64,000 nt of DNA, taken from NCBI GenBank assembly GCA_964291415.2, contig OZ219918.1, positions 704,001 through 768,000 on the forward strand, given 5' to 3'. Source of the stretch: Alphaproteobacteria bacterium. GTDB taxonomy: Bacteria > Pseudomonadota > Alphaproteobacteria > SP197. Of this stretch, positions 29,824 through 39,336 are shown piece by piece; position 1 is the stretch's first letter, and each line of letters opens with the position of its first letter. Both the position numbers and the translations under genes were made by a program. The notes under the pieces are model-generated. The model had not been told where the DNA came from. It searched no databases and saw only the letters and a list, made by a program, of their open reading frames with translations.

Positions 29824-30413
29824 GACGATGGCTCCCGGGCATGGCCGAGCTCGATTTCGATGGCGCCGCACAGCATCTGTCCCAGCATGAGGTGGACCTC
29901 CTGGATGCGTGCGGTGACAGTGCCGGGCACCAGAAGAAGCGGGTCGGCAAGGTGCGGCAGGTCGCCTCCGTCGCCACCTCCAAGCGCCGCGGCGACGAGT
30001 CCCCGGGCGCTGGCCTGTTCGAGGCCTCGCAGGACATTGACGCTTCTGCCAGAGGTCGAGAGCGCGATCGCCACATCTCCCGGCCGGCCCAGGGCCTCGA
30101 TCTGGCGTGAAAAGATTCTCTCGAAGCCCATGTCGTTTCCCGTGGCCGTGATGGCCGACGCGTCGGTGGTAAGGGCCAGGGCAGCAATGGCCGGCCGGTC
30201 GCCGACGTAGCGCACGGTGAGTTCCGTGGCCAGGTGCTGGGCGTCCGCCGCGCTGCCGCCGTTGCCGAAGAACAGGATCTTGCCGCCGCCCTCCAGGCTC
30301 GCGACACAGGCTTCCGCCAGCCGTGCAAAGGGTGCGGCGAGCGACGCACGGGCCTGCTCCACCACCGCCAGGTGCTGGTCGATCTCGCGCTCGAAGTAGT
30401 GCCGGAGGTTCAT
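29820..30413 (-). CDS. gmhA: D-sedoheptulose 7-phosphate isomerase
   Basis: GNGGSAADAQH, GND, FSRQ, STSGRS, ARIQEVH; alternative TTG start 30443. Confidence 0.93.
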   Translation of the reverse strand: MNLRHYFEREIDQHLAVVEQARASLAAPFARLAEACVASLEGGGKILFFGNGGSAADAQHLATELTVRYVGDRPAIAALALTTDASAITATGNDMGFERIFSRQIEALGRPGDVAIALSTSGRSVNVLRGLEQASARGLVAAALGGGDGGDLPHLADPLLLVPGTVTARIQEVHLMLGQMLCGAIEIELGHAREPSS

Positions 30414-30439
30414 GGGCCAGAGATGTCCGGGTGACGCAT

Positions 30440-31060
30440 TCAAGGATTGACGAGAAACGGCAGGTGGGCAACCGCATCGGCGGGTGTGCTGACCGTGTGG
30501 ACCACATAGCGGCCGGGCTCGTCAAACGCGAGCGCGCGTTGCCGCTCTCCGCTGCTGTAGCCGTCGCCCACCAGAACGCCGCCGGCCAGGCCGGCGGCGC
30601 GCCCGGCCTCGATGTCGGTTTCCCGGTCGCCGATGATCCGGCTTCCGGAACGATCGATGCCCAGTGTCGCGGCCGCCGCCAGAAGCATGCCGGGTCGTGG
30701 CTTGCGCATGGGCGAGTTCCCGGGCCCGAAGGGCGACGCCAGCACGCCGTCCCAGTGGACGCCGGCACGGTTCAGGTGCCGCACGATCTCCTCCTGGACC
30801 GCGGCGAAATCCTCCCAGCGGAAGAGTCCGCGGCCGATGCCTCCCTGGTTGGTGACCACGATGATGGGGATTCCGCAGGCGTTGGCGCGGCCCATGACGT
30901 CGGTGATCCCGGGCACCAGGCGCACCTTTTCAGGTTCGTGGAGGTAGCCCGTCTCCTCGACGATGACGCCGTCGCGGTCAAGGAAGAGAGCGGGTCCCGA
31001 ACACTGGTGCCGGGTGTACTCGCGCCAGGTTCCGTCCTCGTGAAGGGGCCAGGGACTCAT
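30440..31060 (-). CDS. gmhB: D-glycero-D-manno-heptose 1,7-bisphosphate phosphatase (HAD)
   Basis: LFLDRDGVI, VTNQGGI, RKPRPGML, IGDRETDIEAG. Confidence 0.9.
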   Translation of the reverse strand: MSPWPLHEDGTWREYTRHQCSGPALFLDRDGVIVEETGYLHEPEKVRLVPGITDVMGRANACGIPIIVVTNQGGIGRGLFRWEDFAAVQEEIVRHLNRAGVHWDGVLASPFGPGNSPMRKPRPGMLLAAAATLGIDRSGSRIIGDRETDIEAGRAAGLAGGVLVGDGYSSGERQRALAFDEPGRYVVHTVSTPADAVAHLPFLVNP

Positions 31061-31776
31061 GGCGTTTGGAGGAATCCCGCATCTCCTTCGCAGAGGACAA
31101 GGGCCGTCAGCACATCGGTGACGACGGCGCCCGTATCGATGCCGATCCGGTTGACCCGAATGTCGGGTCCGTCCCAGGAGATGGTGTGGCCATGGACGAC
31201 GAGCCACCCGTGATCCACGGGCGAATCGAGAAACTCCTCGCGGATCCACAGGAGGTCCTCGGGGTCCTGGTCTTGAAGCGCGACGCCGGGACGGATGCCC
31301 GCGTGCACGAACAGCAGTCCGTCGATGATGTGGTGGAGCTTCAGCGAATGAAGGAAGGCGCGGTGGTGTTCCGGCATGGCGTGCCGCAGCTGGCGTCCGC
31401 TGCCCGTTCCGGGCGCCACCTCGTAGGAGAGCATGGTCTGGGCGCCACCCAGGCGGTTGATCCACCACAGGCCGTCGTCCCTGCCTTCCATGAAGTCGAT
31501 CGCACAGGCGTCGTGGTTGCCCTTGAGGAAAACCCGTTCGAAACCGTCATCGGCCCCGGCTGCCCGGGTGAGGAAGTCGATCACGCCGGCCGAGTCGGGA
31601 CCACGGTCCACATAGTCGCCGAGAAAGACGATGTACCGCCGCCGCTGCGGCCTTGTCGCGGCGTCCTCGAGAATCATCCGGTGAAGGCGGCGAAGAAGGT
31701 CCAGCCGTCCGTGCACATCGCCCACGGCGTAGACGAGCGTCTCCGGATCCATGTGCGCGGCAGGGGGCCAGGTCAT
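31057..31776 (-). CDS. PPP-type Ser/Thr protein phosphatase (metallophosphoesterase)
   Basis: GDVHG, GDYVDRG, GNHD, FVHAG, VVHGHT, IDTG. Confidence 0.92.
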   Translation of the reverse strand: MTWPPAAHMDPETLVYAVGDVHGRLDLLRRLHRMILEDAATRPQRRRYIVFLGDYVDRGPDSAGVIDFLTRAAGADDGFERVFLKGNHDACAIDFMEGRDDGLWWINRLGGAQTMLSYEVAPGTGSGRQLRHAMPEHHRAFLHSLKLHHIIDGLLFVHAGIRPGVALQDQDPEDLLWIREEFLDSPVDHGWLVVHGHTISWDGPDIRVNRIGIDTGAVVTDVLTALVLCEGDAGFLQTP

Positions 31777-33644
31777 CGGCCCGGCCCGCCGGTCTCGTCG
31801 AGGTGCCCGTGATCGACGAGCCAGGACATCACCATTCCGGCGAGTTCGTCGGGCTGGTGTTCCGCTGCCTTCAGCACGATGTCGGGGTCTTCCGGAGGCT
31901 CGTAGGCGGATTCGATGCCGGTAAAGTTCCTGAGCTCTCCGGCACGGGCCTTGCGGTAGAGTCCCTTGGGATCGCGCGCCTCGCATACCTCGAGGGGCGT
32001 GTCGACGAACACCTCGACGAATTCCCCCTCGTCGACGAGTTCCCGCGCCATCTGCCGTTCGGCCCTGAATGGCGAGATGAAGGAGACGAGGACGATGAGT
32101 CCGGCATCGGCAAAGAGCCTGGCGACCTCGGCGATGCGGCGAATGTTCTCCACCCGGTCGGCATCGGTGAACCCGAGGTCCCGGTTCAGCCCGAAGCGGA
32201 TGTTGTCGCCGTCGAGCAGGTAGCTGTGGCGTCCCATGGCGGCGAGCCGGCGTTCGACATGATTGGCGGTGGTCGACTTGCCGGAACCCGACAGCCCGGT
32301 GAACCACAGGATGCAGGGTTTCTGGTGTTTCTGGGCAGCGCGCAGATCCCTGCCGACATCGATGGCCTGGCGCTCCAGGTTCGTGGCCCGCCGCAGGCCG
32401 AAATCGATCATGCCGGCCGCCACGGTGCGGTTGGTGAACCGGTCGATGAGGATGAAGCTTCCCGTGCCGTTCACCTCGTCATAGGGATCGCAGGCGATCG
32501 TCTGGTCCAGTGCCAGGTTGCAGTAGCCGATCTCGTTGAGAGAGAGCGTCCTCGCCGCCACATGTTCGAGGGTGTCGACATGGAGGCGGTGGCGCAGGTC
32601 GGTGACTCTCGCCATCGTCGTTCGGGTGCCCGATTTCATGAGGTAGAGCCGTTCCGGCAGCAGGTCATCCTCGTCCATCCAGATGATGTGGGCAGCGAAC
32701 TGGTCGGTCGTCTGCGGCGGCTGGTCCGACGCGGCCAGCACATGCCCCCTCGCGATGACGATGTCGTCGGTGAGTTCCAGGGTGACTGACTCGCCGGCGC
32801 CGGCCTCCTCGAGATCGCCGTCGAAGGCGATGATGCGGGAGACGGTCGACGACCTGAGGGAGGGAGCCGCCACCACCTCCATACCCGGCCTTACCGTTCC
32901 CGAGACTATGAGGCCACTGTAGCCCGGACGGTCCTGATCCGGACGGCTGACCCTCTGGACCGGCATGCGGAAGGGGCCGGCTGCCGCACTTCTGCCGGCA
33001 TGCGCCGATTCCAGGATTGCGAGCAGCGTCTCGCCGCGATACCAGGGCATCTCGTCCGAGCGTTCGAGCACGTTGGCGCCGGTGACGGCCGAGACCGGCA
33101 CGGCATCCACGTACGAAAACCCGAGCTGCGCGGCGTGGTGACGGAACGTCTCCTCGATCACCTGGAACACCCCCTCGTCCCAGTCAACGAGATCCATCTT
33201 GTTGACCGCCAGGATGACGTGGGGGATGCCGAGCAGGCTGGCAATGGCGGCATGGCGGAAGCCTTGTGTGAGGACGCCCTTCTTCGCGTCGATGAGGATG
33301 AGGGCGAGATCCGCGGTCGAGGCGCCGATCGCCATGTTGCGGGTGTACCGGACGTGCCCTGGTGTGTCGGCAACGATGAAGCGGCGCCTTGATGTCTGGA
33401 AGCAGCGGTAGGCGACATCGACGGTGATGTCCTGTTCGCGTTCCCCCTCGAGACCGTCGACGAGGAGCGCCAGGTCGATCCCGTCTCCCCGGGTTCCCCA
33501 GATGCGTCTTGCCGCGGCGATGTCGGCGAATTCATCCTCGAAGATGGGCGCAGCGTCGTGGAACAGGCGTGCGATGAGTGTCGACTTTCCGTCATCGACA
33601 CTGCCGCATGTCACGAAGCGCAGAAGATCGGCCGTATCGCTCAT
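31773..33644 (-). CDS. cysNC: Fused sulfate adenylyltransferase subunit 1 / adenylylsulfate kinase (CysNC/NodQ-like)
   Basis: [18 protein letters not shown], then APS kinase [31 protein letters not shown]. Confidence 0.92.
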   Translation of the reverse strand: MSDTADLLRFVTCGSVDDGKSTLIARLFHDAAPIFEDEFADIAAARRIWGTRGDGIDLALLVDGLEGEREQDITVDVAYRCFQTSRRRFIVADTPGHVRYTRNMAIGASTADLALILIDAKKGVLTQGFRHAAIASLLGIPHVILAVNKMDLVDWDEGVFQVIEETFRHHAAQLGFSYVDAVPVSAVTGANVLERSDEMPWYRGETLLAILESAHAGRSAAAGPFRMPVQRVSRPDQDRPGYSGLIVSGTVRPGMEVVAAPSLRSSTVSRIIAFDGDLEEAGAGESVTLELTDDIVIARGHVLAASDQPPQTTDQFAAHIIWMDEDDLLPERLYLMKSGTRTTMARVTDLRHRLHVDTLEHVAARTLSLNEIGYCNLALDQTIACDPYDEVNGTGSFILIDRFTNRTVAAGMIDFGLRRATNLERQAIDVGRDLRAAQKHQKPCILWFTGLSGSGKSTTANHVERRLAAMGRHSYLLDGDNIRFGLNRDLGFTDADRVENIRRIAEVARLFADAGLIVLVSFISPFRAERQMARELVDEGEFVEVFVDTPLEVCEARDPKGLYRKARAGELRNFTGIESAYEPPEDPDIVLKAAEHQPDELAGMVMSWLVDHGHLDETGGPGR

Positions 33645-34070
33645 CTAGACGCAGCCCTCTCGCGTCTTCCTCTCCATCGAACCCGGCTGGTCGCGGTCGA
33701 TCAGCCGTCCAGTTCTCTCCGACGTCTTGAGGGCCCGCATTTCGTCGATGTCGGTCGGCGACTCGATGGCGCCGGTGAGAGGCCGGCGGCCCAGAGTGCG
33801 GAATCTTGCGCGGCGCATGCGGACGGTCTGGCCCTCCTTCAGCGCCATCCGGTCGCGAAAGGCATAGGTCTCCGGGAACTTCCCGGTGGTGCCGACATGG
33901 AGCAGGGGAAAGGGTGGCCCCGATGGACGGAAGGCCTTGCGCGCCAGGTCCAGCATCACCGAGGAGTCCTTGCCGATCGAATAGAGCGTGACTGGGCGGC
34001 GGAACTCGCTCACCGCCTCGCGCGTGATATGGATGGATTGCGCCTCGAGCCGGTGCAGATATGAAACCAT
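33645..34070 (-). pseudogene. cysD: Internally deleted sulfate adenylyltransferase subunit 2
   Basis: N-terminus ([24 protein letters not shown]) joined directly to the C-terminus ([20 protein letters not shown]); 141 aa versus ~300 typical. Confidence 0.85.
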
Positions 34071-34232
34071 GCTGCAAACCCTTCCCTGCAGTCACGTCCC
34101 GGGGCAGGGATGAGGACCATCATGTTATCCCGCGCGGGCTATCAATCCAATCGTGCGACCTGCCGCCTGCCTTCATGTTTCAGCGTGCGTGATGTAGGGT
34201 GAGAGCGTGTATCGCAGCCAGGCAGCAGTCCG

Positions 34233-35168
34233 ATGACGACACGTTTCTACACGCACGAAGCGTGCCTTGCCCACGATACCGGCCCTCATCATCCCGAGAG
34301 GGCGTCCCGACTGCAGACGATCCTCCATACCTTCGATGACCAGAGGTTTGCGACGCTCGAGCGCTGCGTTCCACAGCCCGCGACACCCGGCCACGTCGCT
34401 CTCATGCACCCGGCGCCATGGGTCGACGCGGTGCTGGACGCCATTCCTGCGACCGGTCACGGCCATCTCGATGCGGACACTGTGGTCTCGAGCGGTTCGG
34501 GGGAGGCGGCCCTCGTCGCTGCCGGCGCCCTCGTCGAGGCGGTCGATGCGGTGGTGAACGGCGAGGCTCGCAACGCCTTCTGCGCCGTTCGTCCTCCAGG
34601 CCACCACGCGGAACAGACACGCGCCATGGGCTTCTGCCTCTTCAATTCCGTCGCTGTCGGCGCCGCTCACGCCCGTGCCGCCCACGGTCTCCACAGGGTC
34701 GCGGTCGTCGACTTCGACGTCCATCACGGCAACGGCACACAGGCGATGTTCTGGGACGAGGAGGGAATGTTCTACGCCTCGACCCACCAGTATCCCCACT
34801 ACCCGGGAACCGGCAGCGAAGACGAGACCGGACGCTGGAACAACATCGTGAACGCCCCGCTTCGCCCGGGCGTGGGGAGCGCCGACTTCCGGGCCGCCAT
34901 CGATGATCGCGTCATTCCGGCGCTCGATGCGTTCCGTCCCGAGATGCTGTTCATGTCTGCAGGCTTCGATGCCCACGAGCGTGATCCGCTGGCCAGCATC
35001 AATCTGGTGGAAGACGACTTTGCCTGGGTGACTGAGCGTCTGCTCGACGTCGCCCGACTTCACTCGGGCGGGCGTGTTGTGTCGGTCCTGGAAGGCGGTT
35101 ATGACCTCGATGCCCTGGCGGCGAGCGCCGCCCGGCACGTCGGCGAACTCATGGAGGCAGGGGAATGA
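34233..35168 (+). CDS. Histone deacetylase-family protein
   Basis: HPE, RPPGHHA, GFCLFN, DFDVHHGNGTQ, SAGFDAH..DPL, LEGGY. Confidence 0.93.
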   Translation: MTTRFYTHEACLAHDTGPHHPERASRLQTILHTFDDQRFATLERCVPQPATPGHVALMHPAPWVDAVLDAIPATGHGHLDADTVVSSGSGEAALVAAGALVEAVDAVVNGEARNAFCAVRPPGHHAEQTRAMGFCLFNSVAVGAAHARAAHGLHRVAVVDFDVHHGNGTQAMFWDEEGMFYASTHQYPHYPGTGSEDETGRWNNIVNAPLRPGVGSADFRAAIDDRVIPALDAFRPEMLFMSAGFDAHERDPLASINLVEDDFAWVTERLLDVARLHSGGRVVSVLEGGYDLDALAASAARHVGELMEAGE

Positions 35169-35422
35169 CAGGCGTGGACACCGAAGAGGACATTGCCTCG
35201 ATGAGTTTCGAGGCCGCCATGGAGGAACTCGAGACCATTGTCGCGCGCCTCGAGAAGGGCGAGGCGAAACTCGACGAGGCGATCAGCGACTACGAACGGG
35301 GCGCCCTCCTGCGGCGACACTGCGAAGCCAGATTGCGGGAGGCCCGCGAGAAGGTCGAGAAGATCCGCCTCGGCGCCGACGGAAGCCTCGAGGCCGAACC
35401 GGAGCCTGCCGGGCAGGAATGA
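35165..35422 (+). CDS. xseB: Exodeoxyribonuclease VII small subunit
   Basis: SFEAAMEELETIV..LE.G...LDEAI..YERG. Confidence 0.93.
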   Translation: MTGVDTEEDIASMSFEAAMEELETIVARLEKGEAKLDEAISDYERGALLRRHCEARLREAREKVEKIRLGADGSLEAEPEPAGQE

Positions 35423-35426
35423 GGCA

Positions 35427-36305
35427 ATGGCAAGCCTGCCGGACATACTGGGAAGCGGCGCCCGGAGCGTCGAAGAGACGCTCGAGCGGCTCTTGCCGCA
35501 GGCATCCGGACCGGAGAGCAGATTCCACGAAGCCATGCGCTATGCCGTCTTCAACGGTGGCAAGCGCCTGCGTCCGGTGCTCGTGCTGCTGTCTGCCGCG
35601 GTGTACGGAATTACCGGAATCCGCGCCCTGAGGACGGCAGCCGCTGTCGAGATGATCCACTGCTATTCGCTGATTCACGACGACCTGCCCGCACTCGACA
35701 ACGATGATCTGCGACGCGGCCAGCCGACCTGTCACCGGGCCTTTGACGAGGCGACGGCGATCCTCGCCGGAGACGGCCTGCAGTCGCTGGCCTTCGAGGT
35801 TCTGGCCGATCCGGCCACTCACGAGGATGCCGACGTGCGCATCGGCCTCGTCAGCGCCCTTGCCAGCGCGTCGGGGTGCACGGGCATGATTGCCGGTCAG
35901 GCGATCGACATGGCGGCGGAACGCATGGCCATCGATCCCCCCGGGATCAGGCGCCTGCAGGCCCTCAAGACCGGAGGTCTCTTTGTCTTCAGCACCCGGG
36001 CTGGCGCCATTCTCGCGAAGGCGGACGAAGCGGCGATGATCGCTTTTGGCAGGGATCTGGGAACGGCTTTCCAGATCACCGACGACATTCTCGACGTCAT
36101 AGGCAGCAGGGACGTTCTGGGCAAGGCGACCGGCAAGGATGCCGCTGCCGGCAAGGCGACGCTGGTTCAGACTCTCGGGCTGGAAGCGGCCCGGCGCAAG
36201 GCGGTCGAGCTTTCCGAGCGGGCAATCGATGCTCTCGAGGCGTTCGGGGAGGCAGCCGACGGTCTGCGTGACCTGGCGCGGTTTGCCGTCCATCGCCAGG
36301 TCTGA
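35427..36305 (+). CDS. ispA: Farnesyl diphosphate synthase
   Basis: GGKRLRP, HDDLPALDNDDLRRG, GQAID, KT, FQITDDILD. Confidence 0.93.
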   Translation: MASLPDILGSGARSVEETLERLLPQASGPESRFHEAMRYAVFNGGKRLRPVLVLLSAAVYGITGIRALRTAAAVEMIHCYSLIHDDLPALDNDDLRRGQPTCHRAFDEATAILAGDGLQSLAFEVLADPATHEDADVRIGLVSALASASGCTGMIAGQAIDMAAERMAIDPPGIRRLQALKTGGLFVFSTRAGAILAKADEAAMIAFGRDLGTAFQITDDILDVIGSRDVLGKATGKDAAAGKATLVQTLGLEAARRKAVELSERAIDALEAFGEAADGLRDLARFAVHRQV

Positions 36306-36313
36306 AGTCCTTC

Positions 36314-37063
36314 GTGGCACGACCCTGCCGGCAGCGTGTTGATCAACTGCTGGTTCGGCGTCAGTTGGCGCCAAGCCGAACACGGGCGCAGTCGCTGGTC
36401 ATGGCGGGCGCCGTGTTCAGCGGCTCGAGGCGGATCGACAAGCCCGGTGAACTGATGGCCGTCGACAGCGCCATCGAGGTTCGCAGGCCGGATCATCCCT
36501 GGGTGTCGCGGGGAGGCCTCAAGCTTGAGCACGCCCTGGATCACTTCGCCATCGATGTCCGGGACGCCCCGGCCCTCGACCTTGGAGCGTCCACCGGCGG
36601 ATTCGTGGACGTTCTCGTCGCCCGGGGTGCGGCTCATGTCTGGGCCGTCGATGTCGGCAGGGGACAGCTTGCATGGAGGTTGCGCCAGTCTCCCCGCGTC
36701 ACCGTTCTGGAGGGGGTCAACGCACGCGCCCTCGATGCGGAGCTCATTCCCGAATCGCCGGACATCGTCGTCGCCGATCTTTCCTTCATATCGCTGATGA
36801 CCGCATTGCCGGCGGCACTGTCGCTGGCGGCCCCGGCCTCGCACCTGGTTGCGCTCATCAAACCCCAGTTTGAAGCCGGACGGGAACGTGTCGGCAAGGG
36901 CGGCATCGTCCGTGATCCGGCGGTGCACCAGGACGTCTGTGCCGGCATCCGCACCTGGCTTGCCGACACCATGGGCTGGCACCCCCTCGGCATTGTCGAC
37001 AGTCCGATCACGGGCCGCACCGGCAACCGCGAGTTTCTCATCGCCGCCCGCAAGCCCGGCTGA
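36314..37063 (+). CDS. tlyA: TlyA-family rRNA methyltransferase
   Basis: RVDQLLV S4 domain, WVSRGGLKL, DLGASTGGF, DLSFISL, LIKPQFE, SPITG..GNREF. Confidence 0.93.
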   Translation: MARPCRQRVDQLLVRRQLAPSRTRAQSLVMAGAVFSGSRRIDKPGELMAVDSAIEVRRPDHPWVSRGGLKLEHALDHFAIDVRDAPALDLGASTGGFVDVLVARGAAHVWAVDVGRGQLAWRLRQSPRVTVLEGVNARALDAELIPESPDIVVADLSFISLMTALPAALSLAAPASHLVALIKPQFEAGRERVGKGGIVRDPAVHQDVCAGIRTWLADTMGWHPLGIVDSPITGRTGNREFLIAARKPG

Positions 37064-37161
37064 CAGCGCACCACTTGACCCGGGGCGTTGCCGTTCGTCC
37101 CGTCGCTCCGTAGTCTCGTCGTCGATGCTTCCTTGTGCCGGAACGCGACCAGGAGGGCAGC

Positions 37162-37980
37162 ATGGCCGATCCAATCGTCAACACCCGCATCTCCTGGCCC
37201 CGTGGCGCGAAGTGCGCGGTTCTGCTGAGTTTCGATTTCGATGCCGAGACGCTCTGGATCGGCCGAGACAAGATCAACTGGAAACGACCGGGCGTGCTGT
37301 CTCAGGGCAGGTACGGCGCCAACCTTGGCGTGCCAAAGATTCTCGAGACCCTGGAGGATGCCGGCGTTCCGGCGACGTTCTTCGTTCCCGGCTGGACCGC
37401 CGAGAACCACACGGCACGCGTGGAGCAGATCCTGGAACGTGGACACGAGGTTGGTCACCACAGCTATCTGCACGAATGGATCGACCCGGAAGACCCGGCC
37501 GCCGAGGAGGCGGAGCTCGACCGCGGCCTGGAAGCCCTCCAGAACACGGTGGGCATCGTTCCCTCGGGCTACCGTTCACCAGCGGGTGAAACCAGCGACA
37601 ACATGGTCCGCCTGCTGACGGAACGCGGCTTCGTCTACGACAGCTCCATGATGGATCACATCAATCCCTACAGGCACCCGTCGGGACTGATCGAGCTGCC
37701 CTGGCACTGGAGTCTCGACGATGCGATCTACGCGCTGTTTTCGGTCAGGAATCCGAGGCCGGTGTTCACCAACAGCCATATCCTGGAGATCTGGCAGGAG
37801 GAGTTCCGGGAGATCCACGCGTGGGGAGGGCTCTTCGATCTCGTCATGCACCCTCAGATCACGGGCCGCCCCTCGAGAATCAGGCTGCTGCGCGAGATGA
37901 TCGCGTGGATGCAGTCCTTCCCGGACGTCTGGTTCGCCACCGCCCGCGAAATCGCCGACGCCTGGGCGGCCCAGGAGTGA
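37162..37980 (+). CDS. Polysaccharide deacetylase family protein (PuuE/PgdA-like)
   Basis: SFDFDAE, ATFFVPG, HEVGHHSYLH, YRSP, YDSS, MHPQITG. Confidence 0.88.
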   Translation: MADPIVNTRISWPRGAKCAVLLSFDFDAETLWIGRDKINWKRPGVLSQGRYGANLGVPKILETLEDAGVPATFFVPGWTAENHTARVEQILERGHEVGHHSYLHEWIDPEDPAAEEAELDRGLEALQNTVGIVPSGYRSPAGETSDNMVRLLTERGFVYDSSMMDHINPYRHPSGLIELPWHWSLDDAIYALFSVRNPRPVFTNSHILEIWQEEFREIHAWGGLFDLVMHPQITGRPSRIRLLREMIAWMQSFPDVWFATAREIADAWAAQE

Positions 37981-38176
37981 CACCTGTGGGGAGTCGCCGG
38001 AACCAGGCGGGGAGGAGCCGGTGCCGGAGCCTGACTGGTTGGACAGGTTGACGAACCGGGCGCCGTGTTCCCGGAGCGCTCCGCAACCGCAGTCGTCGCC
38101 GAACGGGAGTCCCGGAGGCGAGCGACCTCGCCAGGTCGCCATGCGTCTCTCATAATCGCAGGATCCGGATGTTACG

Positions 38177-38677
38177 ATGACCTTGTCCGAAGAGATCGCC
38201 TCCTGGGACGGCAAGTCCGCTGCCGCTCTGCAATCGACCTATGAGCGCCACTGCGCCGAAGAGGGCTTTGTCGCGACGATCCTAGGCCATTTCGCGGATG
38301 TCGAATTGCAACGGGCGGCAACCTGGCTGCTGAAGAAACATCTTGAGTCCGGCAACTCCCTGACCGCCGCCGATGGCCGCGCCGTCTTCGACATGCTGTC
38401 CGTTCAGGGTCATTGGGAATGCAAGTTGCATGTCCTCCAATGCCTTCCCTACCTGGAGATTCCCGAGAGCGAGAGCGCCAGTCTGGAACGGTTTCTGGAT
38501 GCCTGTCTCGAGAGCGACAACAAGTTCGTGAGGGCGTGGGCCTATAACGGGTTCAGCGAACTGTCGCTGCGCTTTCCGAGATACCGGGAGAGGGTGGACG
38601 GCCTGCTCGCCCGGGCCGCCACATCGGAAGCGGCGTCGGTTCGGGCAAGAATTCGCAATATCCTTAAACGGCGCTGA
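38177..38677 (+). CDS. Conserved-looking hypothetical protein, probably helical HEAT/ARM-like
   Basis: Clean 166-aa ORF with amphipathic helices; DNKFVRAWAY and ASVRARIRN HEAT-like ends. Confidence 0.65.
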   Translation: MTLSEEIASWDGKSAAALQSTYERHCAEEGFVATILGHFADVELQRAATWLLKKHLESGNSLTAADGRAVFDMLSVQGHWECKLHVLQCLPYLEIPESESASLERFLDACLESDNKFVRAWAYNGFSELSLRFPRYRERVDGLLARAATSEAASVRARIRNILKRR

Positions 38678-38700
38678 GATACCGACTACCGCTCGTCCGC

Positions 38701-39162
38701 ATGCGGCATGCGGTATCCGACGCCGCGGTGGTTGTAGAACCAGGCCGGGCGGGCGGCGGGCTCGCCTGGACCGACCCCAAGAGCGGGATCACGGTCGAGA
38801 TCAAGGCGCGCGGCCTGCCGGCCCACGATGCGCACGGGTTCCGCGAGCTCGGCCTCTTGGGCTCATTCGGCTGGGACCCGAGACCGGGCTCCGGCTGTGG
38901 TCCGTCGCTGACGCTGACCATGAGCGCGTCGGCCTCGGGCGGCGTGGCCCCGCTGTTCGGCAAAGCCGCGCCGTCGGCACTCTCGGCCAACGACACCGCT
39001 GCCGGGCTCGACTCGCGGCGCTTCGAAGCGAAGCTGGGCTACGGCATCGGCGCGTTCGGCGACCGGTCCTTCGAGCTCAGGCTCGACGCGACCCGAACGG
39101 AGCCCTCCAACGACAACGCGCCGGAGCACAGCGTCGGACTGACGATGACGGCTCGTTGGTAG
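38701..39162 (+). pseudogene. C-terminal remnant of an autotransporter-like beta-barrel
   Basis: GGGLAWTDP.SG..V..KARGL.AH, GPSLTL, EAKLGYG, terminal VGLTMTARW; no signal peptide or passenger. Confidence 0.6.
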
Positions 39163-39336
39163 CACTGTGGAGGCCCAGGCGGCGCGCGCTCTGGAGTCCG
39201 GAATGTGACGCAGGTCCAATCAGGAAGATCCGGTCCATTTGCTGGCACGTGGAGATGACGTGCGGAATGAGGCTCTCATTCTGCCGAGGATCGATCTTTC
39301 GGACTCCGGGCCGAACCGGAAGAATCTCTCCGGATC

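Noticed and set aside
38160-38700. Integron cassette around the 166-aa ORF
   Set aside because: No convincing GTTRRRY/RYYYAAC pair or attC hairpin
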